Origin: Nitrososphaeria archaeon
GTDB taxonomy: Archaea > Thermoproteota > Nitrososphaeria > Geothermarchaeales > JDFR-13
Reading direction: 5' to 3'
DNA: 64,000 nucleotides
NCBI GenBank assembly: GCA_027078545.1
Contig: JALWXN010000004.1
Span: 672,001 to 736,000 of the forward strand
In this document: one piece after another, positions 1-9,221 of the stretch
How the letters are laid out: the number at the start of each line of letters is the position of its first letter
How positions within the stretch are numbered: position 1 is the first letter of the stretch
Notes under the pieces: model-generated
Told to the model about the DNA's origin: nothing
The model's database searches: none
Seen by the model: only the letters and a program-made list of their open reading frames with translations
Program-made: the position numbers and the translations under genes

Positions 1-1
1 C

Positions 2-1435
2 GACGATTTCACGATCTACCTAGCAAGTATGAAGGGTGACCCTAAGATCCTCCACATATCCAATATTCCGAGCGTTACCCTACTCATCCTCCACAAGGCT
101 ACACCGCCGGAGACCTATATGGATCTCAGGGAGTTTGGGAAGTGGAGTGAGATCGAGATCCATGGGAGGGCCTCGATAGTCAGGGATGAGCGTGAGAGGG
201 AGTATGCCATCAAGATGTTGGCTGAGAGGAGCCCGATAGTCAAGCTCCTCTACCAGAATAACCAGACAGGCGTGTTGGAGGTTATCAGGGTGGAGCCACA
301 GATAATCAAGTATAAACGTGTCCGCGACATACTGGAGGGTAAGCCCCCCATAGTCATATCCTTCGAGGAGGCTGGGGAGCGTGGGGGGGACATAACCATC
401 CTGGCTAGGAAGCTTAAGAACCTATACTATGCTATGCGCGTCCCCTTCATAGCGGCAACCATTCCATCGATAGTCCTCGGCGGGCTATTGGCGCTGTATC
501 ATAGGAGTGTCTTCGACCCAATACTGTTCATACTGACGTTGATAGGTACTGTGGCGGCCCATCTAGGGCTTAACCTGATGAACGACTACTACGACTATAG
601 GATGGGTGTCGACCAGGTGAATAAGGAGGGGGTATTCCCCTTCACCGGTGGGAGTAGAGTGCTCCAGATGGGTCTATTGTCACCCTTAGAAGTGTTCTTC
701 ACATCAATATTCATGATCTCTCTAAGCGTCGCCATAGCCGTGTATCTAGCCCTCGTGGTGACGCCCCTGGTACTAGCTGTCGCAGCCCTCGGCTTCGCAA
801 TAATACTTGCCTACCACGTCCCACCACTGAGGCTGGTCGATAGGGGGCTTGGCGAGCTATTGGTTGGCCTCGGCTTCGGGCCGGTGTATACACTCGGTAC
901 ATACCTTGTGATGACTGGTGAGCTCTCGGTGATACCTGTCCTGGCATCACTCCCACTAGCCCTCCTAGTGGCTGATATACTTGTGGTCAACGAGTTCCCC
1001 GACTATAAGGGTGATCTCGAGGCTGGTAAGCATAACCTAGTGGTTAGGCTTGGGAGGAGGCGTGCCAGGTGGCTATCACACATACTCCACTTCACCGCCT
1101 ACCTCCTCATACCCGTCCTCTACCTCATCGGGATATACCCATTCGAGTCGTTGATAGCGCTGCTAGGACTACCACTATCCATCTATGGTAAGGCCAACCT
1201 TCATAGGAACTATGAGTCGCCCTTCGACATGATACCAGCCATCGTCTCCAACATAGTGGTATACGTGGTTACAGGCTTCCTGATATCCGTCGGCATACTA
1301 TTCTCAGTCAGCCCCAGCCCAGCCCTACTAGCATCGATACTAGCGGGAATAGCGGGCTTCACCCTCTACGAGCTGGTGGAGCTGAGGCGTGGGGTCAGGG
1401 CCTTCAACCTCCTGAGACGCACGGTCTCCTCCTAG
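2..1435 (+). CDS. menA: 5'-truncated fusion: pyridoxamine-5'-phosphate-oxidase-like (split beta-barrel) domain + MenA/UbiA-family prenyltransferase
   Basis: Frame is open from base 2 (DDFTIYLASMKGDPK..NIPSVTLL, PNPOx-like), so the true start is upstream of the window. C-terminal part has UbiA motifs NDYYDY..GVD and NEFPDY.GD..AGK and about 9 TM helices. Confidence 0.75.
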   Translation, partial: DDFTIYLASMKGDPKILHISNIPSVTLLILHKATPPETYMDLREFGKWSEIEIHGRASIVRDEREREYAIKMLAERSPIVKLLYQNNQTGVLEVIRVEPQIIKYKRVRDILEGKPPIVISFEEAGERGGDITILARKLKNLYYAMRVPFIAATIPSIVLGGLLALYHRSVFDPILFILTLIGTVAAHLGLNLMNDYYDYRMGVDQVNKEGVFPFTGGSRVLQMGLLSPLEVFFTSIFMISLSVAIAVYLALVVTPLVLAVAALGFAIILAYHVPPLRLVDRGLGELLVGLGFGPVYTLGTYLVMTGELSVIPVLASLPLALLVADILVVNEFPDYKGDLEAGKHNLVVRLGRRRARWLSHILHFTAYLLIPVLYLIGIYPFESLIALLGLPLSIYGKANLHRNYESPFDMIPAIVSNIVVYVVTGFLISVGILFSVSPSPALLASILAGIAGFTLYELVELRRGVRAFNLLRRTVSS

Positions 1436-1502
1436 ACACCCTGCTGGGATGGGGTAACTTTTTATCCCCCTCCATCCTTAGATTCCATAGCGGTGTGTAG
1501 AG

Positions 1503-2450
1503 ATGAGTATATGGATGCTCCGCCTGAGACTGCTACTAGCCACCACGGTATTCATAGCAATATCGACACTGGCCTTCACAATCATCCTAAGCGTTACGGG
1601 ACTCTTCAACCTATACCTCCTAGCACTATTCGTGATCCTCTTCAACCTACTCCAGTGGTTGATAGCCCCTAAGATAATCAATAGTATCTACCGTGTCCGG
1701 GAGCCTAGGCCGGGCGAGTCATGGCTGGTATCCGCTGTGGATGAGCTAAGCAGGAGGAGTGGGATAAAGACCCCCAAGGTCTACGTGGCTGAGGTGCCGA
1801 TACCTAATGCATTCGCCTATGGCAGCCCTCTTACTGGTAACATGGTGGCTGTCACGACTGGATTGCTGGAGACCCTTGATAGGGACGAGGTTGTGGCTGT
1901 CCTCGGACATGAGGTGGGGCATCTCAAGCATAGGGATGTCCAGCTCATGATGCTCCTATCGATACTCCCCTCGGTCCTATACTTCATAGGCTACTCCCTA
2001 TACTTCTCAAGCCTCTTCAACAGGGATAGGGGCGGCGCGTTACTACTCGTGGGACTCCTATCCATACTCCTCTACTACGTCCTAAGCCTGGTAGTCCTAT
2101 GGGTAAGTAGGATTAGGGAGTACTATGCCGATCTCCATGCGGCTCAGATAGTCGAGAATGGGAATATTAAGCTGGCCAATGCCCTGGTCAAGATCGTCTA
2201 TGGGACGACTAGGTATGTGGCTAGGGGAGGTGATGTACATAGGTTCAGCGCTGTGAAGCCCCTATTGATAGCTGATCCCGACACTGCTGTGGATGATCTC
2301 CGCGACCTTGCTAGGGAGGGAATCGTAGATAGGCGTGTCCTAGACCTGGCGAGGAGGAGGCTGAGCACTGGTGAGAGGATCATGGAGCTATTCTCGACCC
2401 ATCCACATATAGTGAACAGGATCAGGAGGCTCCTCAGCTACTCAAGGTAG
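1503..2450 (+). CDS. htpX: Zn metalloprotease HtpX (M48)
   Basis: PNAFAYG, HEVGH (HExxH), REYYAD, FSTHP; TM segments. Confidence 0.92.
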   Translation: MSIWMLRLRLLLATTVFIAISTLAFTIILSVTGLFNLYLLALFVILFNLLQWLIAPKIINSIYRVREPRPGESWLVSAVDELSRRSGIKTPKVYVAEVPIPNAFAYGSPLTGNMVAVTTGLLETLDRDEVVAVLGHEVGHLKHRDVQLMMLLSILPSVLYFIGYSLYFSSLFNRDRGGALLLVGLLSILLYYVLSLVVLWVSRIREYYADLHAAQIVENGNIKLANALVKIVYGTTRYVARGGDVHRFSAVKPLLIADPDTAVDDLRDLAREGIVDRRVLDLARRRLSTGERIMELFSTHPHIVNRIRRLLSYSR

Positions 2451-3778
2451 CTCCTCCTCTCCACCCACCTCTTTACCAATCCATTCCTCTCTAGGAACCT
2501 CCTGTAGCTGTATAGGCTCCTCAATACCTGTAGATATGCGTTGGGCGAGTAGGAGACAGGTATCCCCTGGCTGGGTAGTTTTAGGGAGGCCCTGAAGCTA
2601 TATCCATAGGGATAGGTAAGTATCGTGAGGGGCTTGACATGTCCCTGGCCCCACATCTCCCTCATGAGGCTCGAGACCATACCACCAAACTCGGTGGATA
2701 GGCTTGGGGATGGGTAGTAGGGTATAACAACGATAGCGTCGACGTCACCCCTCCTATAGAGCTCCTCGATCCTCCTCAGATACTCCTCGTCGCCAGCCGT
2801 GCCGCCCACATCTATGTATGCCGATATCTCCATATCCATAGCCCTAGCCCTGTTTAGCAGGGATATCCCGAAGCCACCTGCCCCTGTGACTATGCCTAGC
2901 CTGAGGCCCCTGGGTAGGGGCTGCTTCAAGACGTGTAGAGCCGCCTCACCCACCAGGTCTACGTCGTCGAGGAGTATGCCACCAGCCTGCCGGACAGCGG
3001 CCCTCAGAACCTCTCCACCCGCCAGCTGTCCGGTGTGGCTCTTTACGACTCCCCCGATACCCTTGTCCCCACCTACAACCACTAATACGGGCTTCTCGCC
3101 AGAGACGCGCCTTAGAACCTTGTAGAATTCACGGCCGTCTAGGACGCCCTCCACGTAAAGGGCTATCAGCTCCGTATCCGGGTCTCCATACAGCTCCGCA
3201 AGAACCTCCACGATCCCGACATCTATCTCCCGGCCTAGCCCCATGAATATGGAGACCCCCAGCCCAATCTCGGCCAGTATATCGAGTATCTGTGTACCCA
3301 CGGCTCCCGACTGGCTAACCACGGCTATAGAGCCTCTTCTCGGGTATCCCTGGCGGATCGGGTCTAGGAAGAGGGTGTTGAGGCCCCTGGAGGGCATGTA
3401 TATCCCTATGCTGCCAGGCCCCACTATACGCATTCCACTCCCACCAAGCACCTGTAGGAGTTGGTCGAGCTCCTCCCCAGATATCTGTGAGATCACTATG
3501 GAGATCTTCACACCCTTCGAGACCGCCTCTCCAACAACCCTGGGCACTGCATTCCCGGGGACAACGATGATGGCCATGTCTACTGGGTATGGGATGTCGA
3601 GGAGGCTCTTGTAGCACCTCATGCCTAGGATCTCCCTGGCTGATGGGTTGACGGGGTATATCCTGCCGCGGAAGCTCCTTATAAAGTTCCTTAGAATTAT
3701 GTGTCCAGGCTTGGAGGGGTCTCTAGACGCCCCCACAACGGCTACGCTCCTCACCCTCCTGATGGTCTCCAGCGGCAT
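2438..3778 (-). CDS. Acyl/acetate-CoA ligase (ADP-forming) alpha subunit
   Basis: CoA-binding VAVVGAS..P.KPG, YPVNP, SQSGA, phospho-His motif SHTGQLAG. Confidence 0.85.
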   Translation of the reverse strand: MPLETIRRVRSVAVVGASRDPSKPGHIILRNFIRSFRGRIYPVNPSAREILGMRCYKSLLDIPYPVDMAIIVVPGNAVPRVVGEAVSKGVKISIVISQISGEELDQLLQVLGGSGMRIVGPGSIGIYMPSRGLNTLFLDPIRQGYPRRGSIAVVSQSGAVGTQILDILAEIGLGVSIFMGLGREIDVGIVEVLAELYGDPDTELIALYVEGVLDGREFYKVLRRVSGEKPVLVVVGGDKGIGGVVKSHTGQLAGGEVLRAAVRQAGGILLDDVDLVGEAALHVLKQPLPRGLRLGIVTGAGGFGISLLNRARAMDMEISAYIDVGGTAGDEEYLRRIEELYRRGDVDAIVVIPYYPSPSLSTEFGGMVSSLMREMWGQGHVKPLTILTYPYGYSFRASLKLPSQGIPVSYSPNAYLQVLRSLYSYRRFLERNGLVKRWVERRSYLE

Positions 3779-3874
3779 TATAATGATGCTTTGGATATCG
3801 TGGATATAAAGGGTGGTGGAGGAGTATCCATCTAGTTATGGGATTACCTCGACCGGGTGGCTGGTGCATAGGCG

Positions 3875-4603
3875 ATGGGTAGGAGGGCATTCTCATTCTT
3901 CACAGGTGGCAAGGATAGTACGGCGGCCCATCTAATGGCTAGGAAGGAGGGTATAGACCCAGACCTACTCGTGACTATCAGGCCCCTCAATAGGGAGAGC
4001 TACATGTTCCACTCTGTAAACCTCTGGGTAACGACTATCCAGGCGGCGGTTCTTAGGAGGAGGCAGATATTCTACACGGTCTCGGGTAGGCGTGAGGAGG
4101 AGGTTGGGGAGCTGCGCCCACTCATCGAGAGGCTCCACGAGGCCGGCTATGAGGTCGCGACTGTAGGGGGGCTCCTCAGCAATTATCAGAGGAGGCGGTT
4201 TGAACGCCTACTGGGTGAGTATGGGATCGAGCTCTTCAGCCCCTTCTGGGGCGTGGAGCAGGAGGAGATTCTACATAGCTACATTGGCCTAGGCATCAGG
4301 TTCATGTTGACATCTGTCTCGGCACATGGCCTTGGTGAGGAGCATCTAGGCTGGGTCATCAAGAGCTTGGAGGATGTCGAGCGGCTGGTGGAGATCGCTA
4401 ATAGATATGGGTTCAACCCCACCGGTGAGGGTGGCGAGTATGAATCCCTAGTCCTCTATGCCGAGGGCTTCAGCCACGCCCTACACCCAACCAGGGTGTT
4501 GAGGTACTGGGACGGCTACACGGGCTATCTAGAGATCCTCGGTGTTAGACTCGTGAAGAGCCTTGTGGAGAGGAGGGGGCAGGAGGTGGTTAGCCGTGGA
4601 TGA
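3875..4603 (+). CDS. dph6: Diphthine--ammonia ligase (Dph6)
   Basis: PP-loop TGGKDS, SYMFH, GEGGEYES. Confidence 0.88.
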   Translation: MGRRAFSFFTGGKDSTAAHLMARKEGIDPDLLVTIRPLNRESYMFHSVNLWVTTIQAAVLRRRQIFYTVSGRREEEVGELRPLIERLHEAGYEVATVGGLLSNYQRRRFERLLGEYGIELFSPFWGVEQEEILHSYIGLGIRFMLTSVSAHGLGEEHLGWVIKSLEDVERLVEIANRYGFNPTGEGGEYESLVLYAEGFSHALHPTRVLRYWDGYTGYLEILGVRLVKSLVERRGQEVVSRG

Positions 4604-5132
4604 GGTGTCTGAGGGTAAGATATGGGAGCTGGAGTCTAAATGCCCGAGGTGTGGGGCGAGCTATAAGATTACGGAGTATCTATACCATGTCCCGATGGTT
4701 GGGAGGGTAATAATCTCCAGCGGTGAATGCCCATCATGTGGATACAAGTATCGTGACATTAGGGCTGCTGAGAGCCATGGCCCGCAGAGGTTGAAGCTAT
4801 GGGTCGATGGGCCCGAGGATCTAAACGCTATCGTTGTTAGGGCCTCGACAGCCTCTATATATATCCCGGAGCTGGGAGTCTCGATAGAGCCAGGCCCGGC
4901 CTCCCAGGGCTTCATAACGACTGTCGAGGGTATACTGGACAGGGTCTCAAGGGTATTGACGGTACTCAAGGATGATGAGGAGGTTGATAGGAGGGCGTGG
5001 GAATCGGCTAAGAAGGATTTGGAGGATGCTAGGAGTGGTAGGAAGAGCTTCACCCTGATAATCGTGGATCCAGAGGGGGTTAGCAGGATAGTATCGGACA
5101 AGGCTGAGAAGGAGCGTATGTATAGCCAGTAG
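4596..5132 (+). CDS. ZPR1 zinc-finger protein
   Basis: CPRC..CPSC, IPELG..IEPGPASQGFITTVEG, FTLIIVDPEG.S; GTG at 4596 overlapping the dph6 end is the likelier start. Confidence 0.88.
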   Translation: MDEVSEGKIWELESKCPRCGASYKITEYLYHVPMVGRVIISSGECPSCGYKYRDIRAAESHGPQRLKLWVDGPEDLNAIVVRASTASIYIPELGVSIEPGPASQGFITTVEGILDRVSRVLTVLKDDEEVDRRAWESAKKDLEDARSGRKSFTLIIVDPEGVSRIVSDKAEKERMYSQ

Positions 5133-5171
5133 CCCCGGGTTAATATCTAGGCGGGCTTAATAACCATCTAT

Positions 5172-6458
5172 ATGGCCCGGATGAGTCCAAGGCTTATATA
5201 CATAGTCCTAGACGGTGGATGCGACGGTAGGCCCAATGGTGAGACCAGTCTGGAGAGGGCGGATACGCCTAATCTAGACCTCATCGCCCGGAGGGCGAAG
5301 GCCGGGCTCGTCCATGTACTGGGTATGGGTGTAGCACCGCAGAGCGACGCGGCTACGCTGAGCCTCCTGGGGTATAGCCCCTACAAATATAGGGTTGGCC
5401 GTGGAGTTCTGGAGGCCCTAGGCCTGGGCATAAAGCTTAGGCCGGGTAGGGAGATAGCTCTCAGGGGGAACCTAGCAACGGTCGACGAGTCTGGCTGGGG
5501 GATCATAGATAGGAGGTGTGGAAGGGACGTCTCCTCGGGGGAGGCTAGGGAGCTTCTCAGAGACCTCTCCATGGTGGATCTCGGGATCCATGGGGGCTAT
5601 GCTAGGGCCATCCCCAGCAAGGGGCATAGGGTAGTGGTGATAATTGGGAGTAGGGAGAGGAGGCTGAGCCCAGAGATCTCGAACATGGATCCTGCATATA
5701 GGAGGGTCGGGTATATCTCCGAGGCGGTGGAGAATCCGGGTAGCCGTGTAACACCCTGTGAACCGTTATCGTCGGAGGAGCCTGCAATCGTGGCTGCGGA
5801 GCTCGTAAACAGGTTCTACGAGGTCAGCCATAGACATTTGAGGGACCATCCACTGAACAAGGCTAGGGTTGAGAAGGGCCGGCTACCATGTAACGCTATC
5901 CTTGTGAGGGACGCTGGCTCGAGGCCTGAAGACATACCTATGTTCCAGCACCGCTTCGGCTTCAAGATGGCCTCGGTGGTGGAGATGCCTGTGGAGCGTG
6001 GGATAGCGGAGCTCATAGGGCTGGTAATAGCGGATGTGGATACCTCTGGTACTAGGGCCGCAAGGTATATAAGGATGGCGGATAGGGCTGTGGACATCCT
6101 CGACTATGCCGATGGTGTATATGTCCATCTGAAGGGGCCGGATGAGCCTGCCCATGACGGCGACGTCTCGGGGAAGGTGGAGGCGCTGGAGGATATTGAC
6201 CAGTACTTCCTCGGTAGGCTTCTAGACAGGATTGATCTTGACAACACCGCTATAGTCATAACCTGTGACCACTGCACCTCACCAAGGGTTAGGAGCCACA
6301 CTTCAGACCCGGTTCCACTCGTCGTCTATAAATATGGCTTCAAGAATGATGGGCTATACCGCTTCACGGAGAGGGAGGCCGCCAAGGGGAGTATAGGGGT
6401 CTTGACGGGTGGATGGGACGTCCTACCACTGGTTAAGAGGCTCCTCTGGGGTGGCTAG
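5172..6458 (+). CDS. apgM: 2,3-bisphosphoglycerate-independent phosphoglycerate mutase, archaeal type
   Basis: LDG..D, TPNLD, PQSD, HLKGPDEPAHDG, DHCT, HTSDPVP. Confidence 0.9.
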   Translation: MARMSPRLIYIVLDGGCDGRPNGETSLERADTPNLDLIARRAKAGLVHVLGMGVAPQSDAATLSLLGYSPYKYRVGRGVLEALGLGIKLRPGREIALRGNLATVDESGWGIIDRRCGRDVSSGEARELLRDLSMVDLGIHGGYARAIPSKGHRVVVIIGSRERRLSPEISNMDPAYRRVGYISEAVENPGSRVTPCEPLSSEEPAIVAAELVNRFYEVSHRHLRDHPLNKARVEKGRLPCNAILVRDAGSRPEDIPMFQHRFGFKMASVVEMPVERGIAELIGLVIADVDTSGTRAARYIRMADRAVDILDYADGVYVHLKGPDEPAHDGDVSGKVEALEDIDQYFLGRLLDRIDLDNTAIVITCDHCTSPRVRSHTSDPVPLVVYKYGFKNDGLYRFTEREAAKGSIGVLTGGWDVLPLVKRLLWGG

Positions 6459-7156
6459 CCAGAGATGAAGTAGTTCTGATACTTCCCAACCTTCTCCTCC
6501 ATATATTCGAGATCCTTAATCGTGTCTATGCTCCGCCAGAAAACGCCCTGGTACCTCACACCCACCATAAGCTTCTCCTCAGCCAGGTGTGGGAAGACCG
6601 TCTTCTCTATATCACCCTTCTCAGGAAGGATGCGTAGCACCTCCTTTCTCAGGGCGTAGACACCGCCGTTTATCCATTTATCCTCGAGGATCGGTTTCTC
6701 CCTGAACCTCGTGACCACCCCCTCCTCATCCGTCTCCACTATCCCGTATGGGCTGGGCATGGGGATCAGGGCTATCGAGGCCTTATACCCGCCTAGATTC
6801 TCGAGGAGGGGGAGTATACGTAGATCGGTTATCACGTCCCCATTGAGGACTATGAAGATATCCTCATCCACATATTTAGATGCGTTTCTAAGGGCTCCGC
6901 CGGTGCCTAGGGGCTCGTCCTCCACGCTATACTCTATCTCCACACCCCATCTCGAGCCGTCGCCGAAGTACTCGATGATCTTGTCGGCCTTATACCCTAC
7001 TAGGAAGACGAACCTATCCACGCCCTGGCTCTTGAGCCAGTGGAGCTGGTACTCGAGTATTGGGCGGCCCTTGATGGGTATCAGGGGCTTAGGGATGTTC
7101 TCAGTGTAGGGGCGGAGCCTCTTACCATATCCCCCGGCCAGTATCAACGCCTGCAT
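6455..7156 (-). CDS. Sugar-phosphate nucleotidyltransferase
   Basis: LAGGYGKRLRP..PKPL, EPLGTGG, NGD, REKP. Confidence 0.9.
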   Translation of the reverse strand: MQALILAGGYGKRLRPYTENIPKPLIPIKGRPILEYQLHWLKSQGVDRFVFLVGYKADKIIEYFGDGSRWGVEIEYSVEDEPLGTGGALRNASKYVDEDIFIVLNGDVITDLRILPLLENLGGYKASIALIPMPSPYGIVETDEEGVVTRFREKPILEDKWINGGVYALRKEVLRILPEKGDIEKTVFPHLAEEKLMVGVRYQGVFWRSIDTIKDLEYMEEKVGKYQNYFISG

Positions 7157-7182
7157 ATTAACTGATTCGGGGTAGCCAGCCT

Positions 7183-8997
7183 TTAAACCGGTACCTCCTG
7201 AGGGACACCCTCCTCGCTCCAGCCCCTGAGCCTATAGTATGTCTTAAGCATCGACTCGAACTCCTCTAGGCTAAGGGACTTAGCGCCGCCCCTAAGGGTC
7301 TTGCCCGGCTCCTTGAATAGCCTCTTGGGGAGGTAGTCCTCCTTCGGGCTCATACCGGTAGCGAGGTTGAACCTCCTAATCACGGTGTGGATATCGTTGG
7401 CTATCTCTGTGAGGCTCTCCCTCGTATATCCGTAGCCGGTTAGGCTGTTTAGGATATCCACTGTGAAGTCCCATTCATAGACGAATCTGCCGAAGCGGCA
7501 TAGGATCATGCTGTCGTGGATCGAGAAGAGGTTCTCCACATCGACTAGGAACCTGACCTTCTCAGGGCCTGTATCATCCTTGTTTAGTATCCCCTTCATC
7601 TCGTAGGCATAGCTCGTCGTCCTCAGGTGGTCAGCACCCCTGGTTGAGGTGGCGTATGAGAGGGCCATTCCCTTCAGGCTCCTCGGGTCGTAGGCGGGTG
7701 GGCTTAGGCCCTTCACATGTATGGCGACGTCCTCCAAGCCATACTTCTTGGCCAGGTGCTTCACACCCTCCCCAATGTCGTACCCTATACCCCGCCTCTC
7801 CATTGTGAGCTGGAAGAGGTAGTATACGCTGTCCACGTCGCCGAACCTTACTGGGCGGTCCAGCTTGACCAGTCCCTTCTCATATGCGTAGATGACTAGT
7901 GATATCAGGCTCCCCATCTCTATGGTGTCGACCCCATACCTATCGGCTAGGAGGTTGAGGGCTATCACGGGCTTCATATCGTCCAGCTCGTTAAGGACTC
8001 CGAAGGCGAATATAGTCTCATACTCAGGGCCCTTCGTCACTATCCCCTTGTACTGCCCATCCTCCTCTATAACCGAGATCTTGCCACAGGAGTACATACA
8101 GTTCCAGCAGGCGACGCTCGACTTGTAGAAGTTCTCCCTCAGGGCCTCTGGATCCAGTGCCTCGTAGACACGGGTCTCCACATACTCCCAGTAGCGTGAG
8201 GGTATTGCGGAGTTGGCCTGTGTAGCTGAGAGGGTTATAGGGGTCCCATACTTCCTATAGCTATTCACGCCTGACTTCAAGGGGTCCCCGATAGCCTTCT
8301 CGACAAACTTCTTGGCATTCCTCCTGACAGCCTCCTCGTCATAAACCCTTATGATGGGCCTGCCAGGGTTCCTTAGGACTATGGCCTTCAGGTTCTTACT
8401 ACCCATTACAGCGCCGCCACCTGTCCTGCCGGCCTTGCTCTCCCTCATCCTAGTGCCGTGTCCATGGCTTATGGCGGCGAAGCGTATCAGCCTCTCACCG
8501 GCCGGGCCTATCTCCGCGACCTCGATATCCCTGCCGAGCTCCTCCATCAGCCTCTTCTCCGTCTCCTCCGTGTTGAGGCCCCAGAGATCGGAGGCATCCC
8601 TGATCTCCACGTTCTCCCCGTCGAGGTATAGGTAGACAGGCTTCTCACTCCTACCATGGATGGCTAGACCCACGTATCCGAGCCAACGGAATACAGCTGG
8701 GAAGTTGCCCCCCATGATACTCTCTCCGAAGATCCCCGTGAGGGGGCTCTTGAAGAAGAAGCCTATCTTGGAGGCTAGGGGTAGCCACGTCCCTGTAGCA
8801 GGGCCTGTCGAGACGAACAGGATGTTCTCAGGGGATAGGGGGTCTACCCTGGGGTCTAGGTTCTCAAATAGGTAGTGGGCGGCCAGGCCCTTCCCACCTA
8901 TCCACCTCTTAAGGATCTTCTGGTCCAGCTCCTCCTCAACAATCTTCCCCCTGGTAAGGTCTATCTTAACCAGTTTTCCACCGTAGCCCCTATCCAT
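7183..8997 (-). CDS. aor: Tungsten aldehyde:ferredoxin oxidoreductase family protein
   Basis: KSPLTG, IGPAGE, AGRTGGGAVMGSKNLKA, CxxCxxxC, GPEYET, YDPR, RGADH; start moved to ATG 8997 (MDRGYGG). Confidence 0.9.
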   Translation of the reverse strand: MDRGYGGKLVKIDLTRGKIVEEELDQKILKRWIGGKGLAAHYLFENLDPRVDPLSPENILFVSTGPATGTWLPLASKIGFFFKSPLTGIFGESIMGGNFPAVFRWLGYVGLAIHGRSEKPVYLYLDGENVEIRDASDLWGLNTEETEKRLMEELGRDIEVAEIGPAGERLIRFAAISHGHGTRMRESKAGRTGGGAVMGSKNLKAIVLRNPGRPIIRVYDEEAVRRNAKKFVEKAIGDPLKSGVNSYRKYGTPITLSATQANSAIPSRYWEYVETRVYEALDPEALRENFYKSSVACWNCMYSCGKISVIEEDGQYKGIVTKGPEYETIFAFGVLNELDDMKPVIALNLLADRYGVDTIEMGSLISLVIYAYEKGLVKLDRPVRFGDVDSVYYLFQLTMERRGIGYDIGEGVKHLAKKYGLEDVAIHVKGLSPPAYDPRSLKGMALSYATSTRGADHLRTTSYAYEMKGILNKDDTGPEKVRFLVDVENLFSIHDSMILCRFGRFVYEWDFTVDILNSLTGYGYTRESLTEIANDIHTVIRRFNLATGMSPKEDYLPKRLFKEPGKTLRGGAKSLSLEEFESMLKTYYRLRGWSEEGVPQEVPV

Positions 8998-9154
8998 GTA
9001 ACCGTGAATTGATTTGAACCCCGATAAATACCGAGGTTTAAACCCCTCCCGTTGAGGCATGGGCCTACGCATTTACGAGGCGATACACGTATTTTTTGTA
9101 TAGACGTGGCCACCCGATGTAAATACATTTCTCACGCTGTTTGGGGGAGCCGAT

Positions 9155-9170
9155 CCCTAACCTCTTAGGG
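9155..9170. promoter_or_regulatory. Palindromic operator CCCTAA-cctc-TTAGGG upstream of nosZ
   Basis: Perfect 6-bp inverted repeat, extending to 9150-9175 with one mismatch; same motif recurs at 46434 and 50702. Confidence 0.65.
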
Positions 9171-9221
9171 CTCGGGAATATGGGGCTATCCTCCCAATTC
9201 CATTGATGAGGTGATTATTTA

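Noticed and set aside
8998-9072. ORF-track N-terminal extensions (also at 20003, 29991, 50781, 62259)
   Set aside because: They run through promoter regions or opposing genes; downstream starts fit the family N-termini better.
9130-9146. Second nos-operator copy TCTCAC-gctg-TTTGGG
   Set aside because: Too many mismatches to distinguish from chance.
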